Origin: Macrostomum lignano
Taxonomy: Eukaryota
Assembly: GCA_002269645.1 (NCBI GenBank)
Contig: NIVC01001480.1
Span: 14,051-78,050 of the forward strand
Direction of reading: 5' to 3'
Length of the DNA stretch: 64,000 nt
Positions within the stretch are counted from its first letter, which is position 1. Each line of letters begins with the position of its first letter. Positions 39,301 to 57,084 of this stretch are shown piece by piece. Both the position numbers and the translations under genes were made by a program. Under the pieces are notes generated by a model, which had not been told where the DNA came from, made no database searches, and saw only the letters and a list, made by a program, of their open reading frames with translations.

Positions 39301-41024
39301 GCCGTCCGATTTGGATCCCACGCTGAAGTTTGCGCTCAGCGCCCTGTGGAACCTCACAGACGAGTGCGAGCCCAGCTGTCGGCTGTTTGTGGAGGCCGGC
39401 GGCCTGGAGGCCTATCTCAAGCTGTTCCAACTGCTAGACTGCTCAGCCGGCGCCGAGGCCAGGCAGTGCATTCTGCCTAAGTGCCTGGGCCTGCTCAACA
39501 ATATTGCCGAGATGCCAGCCACTAGGAAGTCGCTGCTAGTTGCGGATATCATCTCGGTAAGGAGGCTTTAAACTATTAATATCACATCTTATCTCACGTT
39601 TGCCGTCTGTTAATCATTTTTTCCATCTCCTAATTCTCATAGGGATAATTCCATGTCCCTAATCCCATATCACTAATCCCATGTCCATCCCAGATCCCTA
39701 ATCTCATGTCCTTCATCCCAGATCCCTAATCTCATGTCCTTCATCCCAGATCCCTAATCTCATGTCCTTCATCCCAGATCCCCAATCTCATGTCCTTCAT
39801 CCCAGATCCCTAATCTCATGTCCTTCATCCCAGATCCCCAATCTCATGTCCTTCATCCCAGATCCCTAATCCCATCTTCTAATTCTTATCTCCTCACCGC
39901 TTACTCTTCATAATCTATGCTGTCAGTGTAAAGCTGTACTAACTCATCCCGCCACCGCACCCCCCAACTCGCAGATGCTGAGCCAGCTGCTCACCGATTC
40001 CAGTCTGAGCGTCGCCTACTTCGCCGCTGGCGTCCTCGCCAACCTGAGCCTCCTGCCAGATCGGGTCTGGCTCGAGCGGCTCAGCGAACGGCCGCGCCGC
40101 CGCCTGCTGCCAGCCGTTGGCGACGCCGTGCTGTCCTGGTCGGCGCCCGACGCCGAGATGGTGGCATACAGGTCGTTCCGGCCGTTCGTTCGCCTGCTGG
40201 AGCCGCGCCGGCACCCCAGCGCCCAGCTGTGGTCGCTGTGGGCCATCAGGCAGGTGTGCTGCAGGAACCGGCAAACCTACCTGCCGCTCCTGTCGCCCAA
40301 ACTGTTGCGCAACATCCGCGCGCTGCTGCCGCCCGACGCCGTGCTGCCCGCCGGCTGCTCCGCATTCGACGATCCGCTCGAGCAGCAGCCGGCCGACGCC
40401 GACGAAGCAGCTGGCACCGCTGACGCGCCCGACGCCGACGACGTCGACGAAGTCGACGAAGAGCCGTCGGGCTGTGCCGAGTCGCAGCAAAATAAACTCG
40501 GCGACGCGATCGGCGCCCTCGCCGCCGAGATTCTCGCCCTGCTGGCTGGCGGGGGCGGCACCGGCGAGGCCGTTGCTGCCGCCAATGCGTCGGCGCCCAG
40601 CGGCGAGTCGCGCGGCGGCGGCAGCAGCGACGACGAGGAGGACGAAAGTGAAGCTGAAGGGGATGCCGATGAAGATAGCGACGGAGTCGGCGGCGAAGGC
40701 GAATCGGCAAATGGTGGCGACGGCGCCTGCGGCGGCGGCGGTGGTAGCGGCAGCGGCAGCAACGGTGGCGGCGAAGCGTCAAACGGAGACGCCGCCAGGG
40801 ATGACGAGCAGCTTCTCGGTGCCGTTGGCGGTGGCGGCGGCGGTGGCAGCGGAGGCGTCAACCGCTCTGAAGGCGGCAGCGGCGAATCCTCTGTGCTGCA
40901 GTCGTCGAGGACCTCCTGCAGGACCGCTGGCGGCCCGGTCGGCCACTCCCTGCACAGGTCGTCCAGCGGCGGCGGAGTCGGCGAGCGCCAGGGTCACCCG
41001 ACTGGCGGCCTGCCGGGCAACTAG
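36389..41024 (+). CDS. zyg-11: ZYG-11/ZER1-family CRL2 substrate receptor (LRR + ARM); exons 36389-36772, 37426-37871, 38480-39556, 39975-41024; one apparent 1-nt deletion near 39027
   Basis: LRRs (LASLNLANT, LVHLDISKT, LEHLDVSGN), then LQLAGTAVLYNLT, QQQLQKNA, TLKFALSALWNLTDE, LGLLNNIAE and VAYFAAGVLANL. Restoring one C in gcctgc gives QKNALLTLCND. Confidence 0.85.
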
Positions 41025-41379
41025 CGGCCGGCTCGCCCCGCTCCCTCACCCCACACCGGCAGACTGGCGTCTTCACTTGTCCGCTTCGCCTCGCTAATGA
41101 ATTTTCATCAAAGCAGCGGTTTCGGGTCCCCTCGACTGCGCACTTCCTTCAGCTGGACGGGTGCGGTGCGAATTTTTATATTGCTTTGACAGTTTCATTT
41201 TCATGTCATATTTATCCCCAGCCGCTTTTGTGAGGTCGAGCTCTGTCTGTTTTGTTGGCCAATTCGCTTCAAATTGATCTTTTCGGCTTGCCGACTGACA
41301 GATTTTATGACCGATTTGTTCCTTTTCTAAGCAGTAAACGGCTTGGCTGGACTGATTCGCAATCCCAAAGTCTCCTAAT

Positions 41380-44300
41380 CCCCTAACTGGAAATCCCATT
41401 AGCCTGAACTGGAAATCCCCTCAGCTCAAACTGGAAATCCCCTTAGCCCAAACTGGAAATCCTCTTAAGCTCAAACTGGAAATCCCCTTAGCTCAAACTG
41501 GTAATCCCTTTAGCCCAAACTGGAAATCCCCTTAGCTCAAACTGGTAATCCCCTTAGCCCAAACTGGAAATCCCCTTGGCCCAAACTGGAAATCCCCTTG
41601 GCCCAAACTGGAAATCCCCTTGGCCCAAACTGGAAATCCCCTTGGCCCAAACTGGAAATCCCCTTGGCCCAAACTGGAAATCCCCTTGGCCCAAACTGGA
41701 AATCCCCTTGGCCCAAACTGGAAATCCCCTTGGCCCAAACAGGAAATCCCCTTGGCCCAAACAGGAAATCCCTTTAGCTCAAACTTGAAATCCCTTTAGC
41801 CCAAAACTGGAAATCCCCTTAGCCCAAACTGGAAATTCTCTTAAGCTCAAACTGGAAATCCCCTTAGCTCAAACTGGTAATCCCCTTAGCCCAAACTGGA
41901 AATCCCCTTGGCCCAAACTTGGGAAATCCCCTTTGCCCAAACTGGAAATCCCCTTAGCCCAAACTGGAAATCCCCTTAGCCCAAACTGGAAATTACCTTA
42001 GCCCAAACTGGAAATTACCTTAGCCCAAACTGGAAATCCTCTTAAGCTCAAACTGGAAATCCCCTTAGCTCAAACTGGAAATCCCCTTAGCCCAAACTGG
42101 AAATCCCCTTAGCCCAAACTGGAAATTACCTTAGCCCAAACTGGAAATCCCCTTCGCCCAAACTGGAAATCCCCTTAGCCCAAACTGGAAATTACCTTAG
42201 CCCAAACTGGAAATCCTCTTAAGCTCAAACTGGAAATCCCCTTAGCTCAAACTGGAAATCCCCTTAGCCCAAACTGGAAATCCCCTTAGCCCAAACTGGA
42301 AATTACCTTAGCCCAAACTGGAAATTACCTTAGCCCAAACTGGAAATCCCCTTCGCCCAAACTGGAAATCCCCTTAGCCCAAACTGGAAATCCCCTTAGC
42401 CCAAACTGGAAATCCCCTTAGCCCAAACCGGAAATCCATTTAAGCATCAAACTTACAATCTGAATATGAAACGCCGTGCACTGCTTGGTAGCAAGAATTT
42501 TCCTCTCTTCCTCTCTCTGCGTGTTCGTGACTGCAAATTGTCTACTTTGAAAAACATTTTTATCAAAGAATGCATGGATCTTTTAATACACAACTTACTC
42601 GTGCTCTGTTTGCTACTCGTTGCTTTTTTCGATTTCAGTTCGAATCTTAAACTCCGAACTTCATTGACTTCTCATATACAATATCTTTGCTTGCTGCGCC
42701 CGCGCTACGCCGTTTCTTTTGCGTCTATAGACTACTTGCAGTAGCTGAGTAGTCTAGTGAGAGTAACGGGCTGTGCGCTTATTTATATTTTTTTGCGTTT
42801 TAAAATTTCTGTCGGGATGTGGGATGTGGGATCTCATGTCCGGCTTCTCCTGCCTGCTCTGATTGCACTAACTGTGCAACACTAGAATTTCTATTCGTGC
42901 ATGCATATATCTCTAATAACAGAAGTTTATTTTTGAAATGCCTTTTTTCTGTTTTTCGTGTCCCAAATTTGCCGTTTACTTGTATATTTTTATTGCCAGT
43001 GCTGCTACTACTCGCGGTACTACGAGTAGTCTGTGCGGCAGCGAGTTTTTTATTGATAATAATTCTACTGATAATAAATTTGTTCCCGCCGCGTGCTGTC
43101 CGCTTCTGCGATAATTCGCCTAGCAAATATAATTAATAATAATTACTTGATTATAAATGAACGACTTTATCTATACGTAAAAACGGCTTCAAATGAGTGT
43201 CGCTTAGTTAAGTTTTATGTGATTTATTTCGTTTCCTTTATTATTTAAATGATCATCTCTAAGGCTAAGGATAAGGCGGGGCTGGCTGTACCCTGCTGAG
43301 CTGTGATTGGCCAGCTGCCTGCTTATCTCTGGCTAAGGGTAGGGCGGGGCTGGCTGTACCCTGCTGGGCTGTGATTGGCCATCTGCCTGCTTATCTCTGG
43401 CTAAGGGTAGGGCGGGGCTGGCTGTACTCTGCTGAGCTGTGATTGTCCAGCTGCCTGCTTATCTCTGGCTAAGGGTAGGGCGGGTCTGACTGTACCCTGC
43501 TGAGCTGTGATTGGCCAGCTGCCTGCTTATCTTTGGCTAAGGGTAAGGGCGGGGCTGGCTGTACTCTGCTGAGCTGTGATTGGCCAGCTGCCTGCTTATC
43601 TTTGGCTAAGGGTAAGGGCGGGGCTGGCTGTACCCTGCTGAGCTGTGATTGGCCATCTGCCTGCTTATCTCTGGCTAAGGGTAGGGCGGGGCTGGCTGTA
43701 CCCTGCTGGGCTGTGATTGGCCATCTGCCTGCTTATCTCTGGCTAAGGGTAGGGCGGGGCTGGCTGTACTCTGCTGAGCTGTGATTGGCCAGCTGCCTGC
43801 TTATCTCTGGCTAAGGGTAGGGCGGGTCTGACTGTACCCTGCTGAGCTGTGATTGGCCAGCTGCCTGCTTATCTCTGGCTAAGGGTAGGGCGGAGCTGCT
43901 TGTACTCCGCTGGGTTGTGCAAGGACCCAGTCATGTCCACTCTGCTGATCACTGAGCACGCACACGCTCTGACAGGGTGTACACCAGCCTGGACTTTCTA
44001 ATCGTCAGGCATGTACACCGGGGCTGTGAATCGCTGGACAACCCACTCCCCCCCCTCGGCCAAATGAAGGTGGCCGGCAACAGACCAAGGAGGTCGTGGC
44101 GCTTACTACTAAGCCTGTCTGAAAAAGATATATGATAAATATGGCCGTCAAGTTCACGTTTCAGCAAAAAGTCAAATTCTTGGATTCATTGAAATTCTGG
44201 AGCGATCGAGTTTCTTTAGAATTTATTCAATTTCAATTTGCAGACAAAATAATTTGGAAGCAGCGACTCCCAGAAGGCTTGGGGGAGGGGGGTTGTTGCT

Positions 44301-46300
44301 TTTTAAAGAAATTCTAGCCTTGCAGTGAGACTGAGAAACCTGTTGGTTGCTGCAACACTTGGTCGTTCAAGAAGGTGGCCCGCTTTTCTTTTAATTAAAA
44401 AAGTTCTAAATTTTAAGCTCGATTTTAGCCAGCCTCTTGGGGGAGATCATTTTAGGTAACCTGAGAATTTTTTATACGGATTAGGCGCACTTTTAGATAG
44501 ATATTTGACTGTATATTAAACTGGAATATATCTAATATTTGATCCGCTAGGCCACATCTAGAAAATCCGCTAGATCAGGACTAGATGATCTGATAGATCA
44601 GGACTCGATTATCTGATAGATCAGGACTCGATTATCTGATAGATCAGGACTCGATTATCTGATAGATCAGGACTAGATGTACTGATAGATCAAGACTAGA
44701 TGTTCTGATAGATCAAGACTAGATATTCTGATAAATCAGGACTAGATGTTATGATAGATCAGGACTAGATGGTCTGGTAGATCAGGACTAGATGATCTGA
44801 TAGATCAGGACTAGATGGTCTGGTAGATCAGGACTAGATGATCTGATAGATCAGGACTAGATGGTCTGGTAGATCAGGACTAGATGATCTGATAGATCAG
44901 GACTAGATCAATCTAATAGATCAGGAATAGATCATCCGATGGAACAGGACAAGATCGATCTGATAGATCAAGACTAGATGTTCTGATAGATCAGGACTAA
45001 ATGATCTGATAGATCAGGACTAGATGGTCTGGTAGATCAGGACTAGATGATCTGATAAATCAGGACTAGATGATCTGATAGATCAGGACTAGATCAATCT
45101 GATAGATCAGGAATAGATCATCCGATGGAAAGGACAAGATCGATCTGATAGATCAATACTAGATGTTCTGATAGATCAGGACTAGATGATCGGATAGATG
45201 ATCTGGTAGATCAGGAGATTTAAAATATGCCGCCAAGTGCGCTGTGCCCACCCTGACCTGTCTTTATTCATTACTTTATAACAAAATGCTTGCACTTTTT
45301 TGCTTCGCCAAGTTTTTAAGGCTCAGCAAGCTGAGACAATTTCTGATTTGCGTTGAAGCAGAGGCTGAGTCAGTAAAAACATTGGCTAACACTGTTACCA
45401 TGCGGAACCTCGGGGACGATTCTCAACTACATGCATGCACGCGGGAGAATGTTTCAGCTGGTAGAGACTGGGGCGCCTTCATCAGCGCGTTCAGCATGGC
45501 AGCCCCCAGCACTCAAACTGATTTGCGCCTCGGGCTGTTGACAATCAGAGAATCAGGCGGCGAAAGCGCGGATGGGGGAGCTGCCTGTGCCTTTCTCTTT
45601 GCTGTTGAAGGCTTGTCAGCTTATGACTTGTAAGGATCTGTTTACGTAGCTGAGATATCCTCCATCCTTCGGTGGGTCACCGCTTCTACTCTCTATCCTT
45701 CGGTGGGTCACCGCTTCTCCTCTCTATCCTTCGGTAGGTCACCGCTTCTCCTCTCTATCCTTCAGTGGGTCACCGCTTCCCCTCTCTATCCTTCGGTGGG
45801 TCACCGCTTCTACTCTCTATCCTTCGGTGGGTCACCGCTTCCTCTCTCTATCCTTCAGTGGGTCACCGCTTCCCCTCTCTATCCTTCGGTGGGTCACCGC
45901 TTCTCCTCTCTATCCTTCGGTGGGTCACCGCTTCCCCTCTCTATCCTTCGGTGGGTCACCGCTTCCCCTCTCTATCCTTCGGTGGGTCACCGCTTCTCCT
46001 CTCTATCCTTCGGTGGGTCACCGCTTCCCCTCTCTATCCTTCGGTGGGTCACCGCTTCCCCTCTCTATCCTTCGGTGGGTCACCGCTTCCCCTCTCTATC
46101 CTTCGGTGGGTCACCGCTTCTCCTCTCTATCCTTCAGTGGGTCACCGCTTCCCCTCTCTATCCTTCGGTGGGTCACCGCTTCTACTCTCTATCCTTCGGT
46201 GGGTCACCGCTTCCTCTCTCTATCCTTCAGTGGGTCACCGCTTCCCCTCTCTATCCTTCAGTGGGTAAACGCTTCTCCTCTCTATCCTTCAGTGGGTCAC
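41380..46300. repeat. Intergenic minisatellites: 22-bp 41380-42440, 68-bp 43262-43915, about 23-bp 44575-45200, 31-bp 45660-46300
   Basis: Direct tandem repeats. Confidence 0.9.
45370..45580 (+). pseudogene. Possible retrotransposon gag fragment
   Basis: DWGAFISAF...LRLGLLTIRESGGESAD loosely resembles the W..F...F....L..L.Q..GES pattern of Ty3/gypsy Gag. Confidence 0.3.
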
Positions 46301-46632
46301 TAAAAGATTTTGCAAACTAACTCTCTGTGAGACTAGCGATGAAGTAGAAATAAACAAAACAATTTCATAACAGCGTTCAACACAGTTGACTGCCTGCCAA
46401 TTCGACTTGAATAAAAATAATGATCGCTATGCGAGCATTTGGCATATTACTCCGATGAACCGCATGCATAAAAAAGGAAGAAAACTTAATTATAATTCAG
46501 GCAATTTGATAACGAGTAAAAGCCAGAGCTCTGAGCATTTACTAAATTCTTTTTCCATACGGCCTCCTGGCTAAATGTACTTTACTGCAAAGCAGTTGAA
46601 AACTTCTCCTCGGGTTCTTGGAAGCCAGCTCA

Positions 46633-50528
<3,896 letters not shown>

Positions 50529-52616
50529 TTCGACCGTCTGTCTGTGAGCTGCTGTAGGAACTCTGCTGCGATCGGGACTGAGAGTTTCAATTTTTGTCTA
50601 GGCTTTGGTGACTGTTTAAATCCGGTTGAACCCCCCCCCCCCAGCTCTGATTGGACACTGCGGAGCAATGGATCCATGGATAGAGATCTACTATTGGCAT
50701 TCTATCGTTGGCTGACAACCAATCTATAACTAGGAAGAGCTGTCAATCACCAGTCGGATGGTTATCGATGCCAGCAAATGTTTAATGAAACATTTGGCCC
50801 TCTGATGCGTTATGACAGCCAAGTGCATCAGTTTATGCCACTCGCGTTTCCTGTAATTTGCTCAACTCAGTCGTCATACAAAACTGCCGGAAACAATACC
50901 CGGTGTTTATGAGTTTGAGTAAGTACATGTACGATGTCACAGCCATTAGTGTTTATGAGTTTGAGTAAGTACATGTACGATGTCACAGCCATTAGTGTTT
51001 TCTTCTACAGTGTGTGGTGTCTCACAGCCAGAGAGTATAGTTATACCTTGAGTACATGTAAATGTACTTGTGTGACAACCTGAGCATGTACATGTATGGT
51101 AGATGCGGCGCAAATCATTGCAACTTGATGCATTTATTTGAAATAATTCTAATAGTCTGTGTTGTTTTGGTAATCCAACCCTATTTTACTGCACTAAAAT
51201 GGCATCATAAACTCAGATGCATGTACAATCAGTACGGAGATCAATACGGACAACTTTTTCTCTACATGTAGATTAGCGCGCCCATAGTCGATCGGCTTCA
51301 TCTTTTGCCACGGCAGACTTTTATGACATGTTATAGCGATCACTCTGTATACTTTCCCGGGAAACATGGGTGGCACGCTATGTCTGTCTACCGTCAGGCT
51401 TCTCAAGGGCCGCTATTTAAGAAGCCCTTGCTAATGGGTATCAGCAACAACGGAAAAGCAGCGTCGTCGTACATGTACAAGTACGTGGAATAGATAATTG
51501 GCTTAATTCATACATGTATATTACCAGTTCCAGAACCGGTTTGGAGCTGCTTTTCATATTGCCTCTTGCCTGTTCCGTTTTCAGAATCGGTTCCAGAAAC
51601 GTGTTGTGGTTCTAGAATTTGAATCGAAATATTTTGGCAGCTGCTTTTCCGTTGAAACAGTATATAAAAATATAATAATTTGAAATCGTCAATTTTTATT
51701 ATGAATATTATATCAGAGTTTTTGTCATATCCAGGAGGAAATAGAAAGTCAAAGAAAGACAAAATTACACTTGTAGACTGACAAATATTTAAAGTAGGTT
51801 CGATGCTTTTCCTACCGATCCTGGTTCTGGAATCGCAATAATTCAGGTTCTGGAATCAATCTTTCGTGAAAAGACTAGAAGTAAAGTAAGTATAAGTAAG
51901 AGAATGCAAATCAAGTCTTACACTTTTGAATGCAAGAATGTATTGTGCTACTCGTTGGAACCTGTAATTAAAGACAAATATTATTTTTTGGATGGTTTTA
52001 AATCTAAATTTTGTTATTTTCGTAAAACCTGCGCTGAATTTTGAAACGAACAACAAGGTTGTCTGATTAATTTTTTATTGACTGACTGACAAGTGACAAC
52101 TGCGTATGCTTCTGTATCTTTTATTTGATTCATTTTATCATTCCACTGATTCCACATCGTTATTATTTAATTATTAAAAATTAAAAATACAATTTTAAAA
52201 GCGAGAAAAAATTACTCTACCAAGTATATACTGAATTACTAGTATACTACTAATTTTTCTACTTTGATCTGTATTTTGTTTATGCTAAGCCTAGGGCTGC
52301 AAGGCCTATACCTTTTGCGTTCTACGACTACAGTTTTAGGAATGCTAGGCTAGCTAGTTTTCATTAAAATGCAAAAAAAACAATAAGAAATTCCAAAGGC
52401 TTGCATTATTGAATATATATAATATTGATGAAGTTAGGCTAGGCCTAGGGCTAGGAGTAGGTGGCTATCCTACAGAATAGGCCTAGTTTGTTAAACTCAC
52501 TGTATCAATGCACATTTTTAGCTGTTGCTTTTTTACTTTCCAAAAATGAATATTTTCATTTGCCAAAATTTTAGAAGTGTTTTGGTGACTGTAGAAGTGT
52601 AGCTCATCTAACAAAT

Positions 52617-53297
52617 AGTAGGAAAAAATAAACGTCAACAAAAACATCAAATAAAATTTTTCTTTTTAGCCAACGTGTTTTGTCAAACACAAGACGTCGT
52701 CAGGGCAAATTCAACTAACCTTAATTTTCAGCACCAATATATTTAAGCAAAACAAACTGTACAGTCCAAAGGCAGGTCAAAACAGTCCGGTCTAGGCAAT
52801 CGGAGATAGATTCTTGGGACGCTCTATTGGTTCTCCCATTTTTTGGTAACGTTTCGCTTGACTTCATGAAAAAACTTGAGAAAACATTTAACAAATGGCT
52901 TAAGTGCACTGTTAGGATTGTTTTTCGCACTGAAAAGATTGGTTGCTATGCTAGCAGGCTCAAGTCAGCTGTTCCACTTGCTCTAAAGGCTGGTGTTGTT
53001 TACCAATTTCGCTGCTCTGAGGATCAGAGCATTTCCTACATTGGAAAAACAAAGCGACACCTGCACACTAGAGCTAGGGAACATTGGCTAAAAAGCTTTG
53101 TTATGTACTTGGCACTTTTGAAATTCTACTGGACTGTTTTGACTTGCCTTTGGACTGTGCAGTTTGTTTTGCTTAAATATATTGGTGCTGAAAATTAAGG
53201 TTAGTTGAATTTACCCTGGCGATGTCTTGTGTTTGACAAAACGCGTTGGCTGGAAAGAAATGTTTTATTTTATGTTTTTGTTGACATTTATTTTCCT
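52617..53297 (+). mobile_element. Penelope-like retroelement fragment (RT C-terminus plus GIY-YIG) between inverted repeats
   Basis: ORF 52827-53198 reads LPFFG...GVVYQFRC...YIGKTKRHLHTRAREH. Roughly 52617-52790 is an inverted copy of roughly 53128-53297. Confidence 0.75.
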
Positions 53298-54360
53298 ACT
53301 GTTTTGGTGACATTCATATTTGTTAGTTCAAGGAAAGGGCTAGGTGAACCTCTTGAGGGGGGTACAATCCATGGGTTTCCAGTTCATTTGTCTGCTGACA
53401 GTTCATCTGCTAAGTAGACAAGTCACAAAATGCCCTTTCCTTCTAAAAACTGTTCATCTGCTGCGAAATGGGGTAGAGATGAAGAGTAGGGTGGGGACTA
53501 AGGAGCTGCCTAATAGCCCAACAATTCTTCTTTGTCCATTAACATTGTTAATGTTATAGAGCTACATATAGGGGTTTTTCATCATTTTAACAAACTATTT
53601 TACAATATAAACCTAAAATAAGAAAGCTTAACTAAAAAACAATGGAATGAAAACGGTTAAAAATTTGATAAAGATAAAATATCAGCAAATATTTATTCTT
53701 ATAATCTTATTCAAATTTTTCGGATGCAAGACATTGACCTATAGGCCTATTGTTTATAGAGTGTGTAAGCACTCAACAGCAAGCTTTTAAATGTGATGAC
53801 TGTAGTTAATAAGCACCAAATATGTGGTTCAGGCATAAGCCAAAAGGAGTATGAAGAGGTTAATGAAGAGGTTGTGCATTAGGCAGCTCCCCACCCATTC
53901 CATATCCCCCAACCCCCATTTCCTAGCAGACGAATATTTTTTAAAAGAGAAAACATTTTGTCTGCTAATGACTTGCACCCTAATCCATGAGACTTATGTT
54001 TGGGCAGAAGTTCATCTACTAGCCATTTTTAAGTAAAAAGCACTTTATTCGCAGTATTTGTAGCTTAAGCTTAGTAGCAAAATATTTCTAACCCCAAACC
54101 TCTCTCTTTGAAGCCCTAGAGTTCATAACTAATTTTGGCCATAGAAATATTTTTTTTGCCAGTGATATCAGTGCACAAACTCAAATTTGCATTAAAATTG
54201 CAAACAAAAAACTCTAAGACTAAAAATAGAAAGAATACTTTATGGTCTAAGCAGTATATTTTTGAGAAGTTTTAATATTTTTAGATATTAGGCCTCTAGG
54301 AGTATAATAAAGATCAGGAAAAAAGCCATAAATGTATACTGAAATATATTTAAATTAAAT

Positions 54361-54659
54361 CATACATGCGCAACAGTCGGCCGAGTCGGCCGATCCGGCC
54401 GACTGATTTGGTGACCAACCAAGGAAGTCGCAAAAATGCCCACCCGAAAAAATACCTAAGTAGTAGTACTAAGTAGCTGACGAGGCATTTTGGGTTAATA
54501 AGACAGTCATAGTTACTCCTGCCGTTTACCCAAAGTTGCGTTAATTTTGCTTTAGGGTTTTTTTTACATGTAAGTCGCATTTCTGGCCAAAAACTATGTC
54601 GCATTTTTGTTAAAACTAAGTCGCACGGCCGACCGAATTTTGGAGGTTGCGCATGTATG
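54361..54659. mobile_element. hAT-type MITE, copy 2 (inverted relative to 34422-34806)
   Basis: TIR CATACATGCGCAAC, 8-bp TSD AATTAAAT, and shared internal sequence with copy 1. Confidence 0.8.
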
Positions 54660-57084
54660 AATTAAATATTATATATAATATAAGATTTAAATATAGCAAT
54701 ATATGCAAAATTTTTTTCACTTTATTTATTTGTTATTTTTATTAAGAATGCTTAAACACTTTTGAAAATTTATCTAATCATTATAAGTGTAAACCAATCA
54801 CTGTTCATTATAGGGAAACTATATTACAAGTAAAAAATTATTCAGTGCCCTATATATAAACAACTTTTTACCATGGCAAATGCTACTAGTTCAATATGTA
54901 TGGATAGTTTTTTAAAAGCCTTTTCATCAAATAGTCATTTGCTTATTTTGTCAAACATGTAGATGTCTATAGGATTCAAAATAAAATTTAAATAATTATT
55001 CTAGGTTAGGAATTTGATGCCTTATTGAAAGAAGTCCAAATGAATTAGAAAAGAACTTTATTTGTTCTGTATGTGTAGTGTTTCTATGAAAAAATATTTT
55101 TAAAAAGTAATTTTTGACTACTTAACTACTCAACAAAAATTCTTGATTTTGAGTCTCTAAAATAAACTTTAAATACAATGCTTTTTTAAATTAGGTGAGG
55201 TATCTATATTTGATAGGCCTAGTATTTAATAGAGACAACTTGATTTTGTCAGCCAGAATGTTTTTTATTTTTTGTTGTAATCTTCAATGTTTAAGATAAC
55301 AAATCCATTGCCCTTATCATGTTATAACACTAATAGAAAAGTCTGTTTCAGCAAAATGCTTTTTAGAAAAACAGTTGCTTATTATTTATTCCATTTTAGT
55401 TTAGATTCTATTGGTTCTGATTTTCAAAGCAAGTGCCTAATTCCCTATATGAAAATTAATAATGCCACATCAAGTTCTAATATAAGTAAAAATTCAAATT
55501 AAAGAATTAATACTTTTGTTTTGTTAGGACTCTGTGCATTTTTATGTTCATTAAGTCAAAAGTAAATGTCAAAAGGCAATATAACTTTCTTATGGCAATG
55601 GCTAGTCATAATATATATGAAACTACCAAAGTATATGCATGAATTTTATGCATGTCAGAATATTCAAGCATGTAGTTAGTTTTTAAGAGCTTTATTATGA
55701 GCTAGCTTCTATATACTAATTTTGCACTATTTGTCTATCTGTTGTCTGTCTGTCTATCTGTCTGTCATTGATCTTTTTGAAAACCATCTGGCTAATTTTT
55801 TTTCAAATTTGCTTTAAAAAAATTGACATTTTTAGAATTGTGCATAACTTTTTTGATAAAAAATTAAAATGGAAAGTGGGTCAAATATTCAAAAAATGAT
55901 TTTTTAATGCTTTCAATGGGCATTCTATTTCTAAATTTATTTGCTCAGTTCAACCATTTAGGCCTCTCCTTGGCCAATATACAGTCTAAGATATACATTT
56001 ACCACAATTGAGCTAAAGGAGTTTTATGACCCTTTGCACAGTGGGCTCGCAATTTGTAGGGTTGGTTAAAGTTTATTATTGTTGATGATAGAGAGTGGGT
56101 GCATGGGGGGGGGGTTAAACAGCTGGCCTAAAATTTATCAACCCCCTAAACTGCTCTGATCTTGTTTGTCTTATTTTATGAATACAACACTAGGTGGCGT
56201 AGTTGCAGAGGGGGGGGGTCAATAGCTAATGAGCCCAATTGATGCAAATTCATTTGGCAAATTGGTATAAAATGTCTATCAATTGTTAGTAAGTCAAATA
56301 TTCGAAAAACAATGTTTTTAATGTTTTTGATGTTTGAATTTTTTATTTGAATGCCAACCACTGGGGGCTGAGTGTCGTAGTGTGCTTTTACTCAGCAACA
56401 TCAAAAAGTCTGTGGTCGCCACTTTTTAGAGTGCAGGTAAAGCTTTTCTATCTTTGCGAGTGAAGCAACTTGCTATTCTGTGGCAGGCTTGAGTTGAGGA
56501 ATGAAGTGAGGGGGGGGGGTGCAGTGTGCGAGGGTTTTGTTGGATGGATTAAAGCTACCCAATCAGTTTTATTGTATATTTTATTTCAGAATAGTCCATG
56601 AGAAATTGCTCACTGGGGCATAGAGTGGCAAATTTCAAACAATAAAAAAATAGATTTAGAAGAAAGTCAAATGTTCAAAAAACAATTTTTCATGCTTTCC
56701 AAGTTTGGATTTTGAATTCGAATGCCCCCATGGGGGCTTAATGCGCTAGTATGTACTTTTAGTAGTATATAAAAAGGCGCTTCTAGACCCAGAGCACTTT
56801 TTTAATGACCGTTTTAAGGGTCTAGAGGGGGGACACGGGGGGTAAATAAAAAAACACATCTAAACACCATTAATACATCTAATCACCCATAATCACCCCT
56901 AACAATAAAAATCATTCCCAACACTTCCAAACACTCCCCAACACCCCCCTCGCGTCCCCCCTCTTAAGACCTTAAAAACGGCCATTAAAATAAGGTCTGA
57001 TCTGTAAGCGTCTTTTTCTATACTACTACTCTATAACCCCTTGCCCGCGCCGCAGGCGCGAAGGGTCTTTTTCTGTTACTAAAA

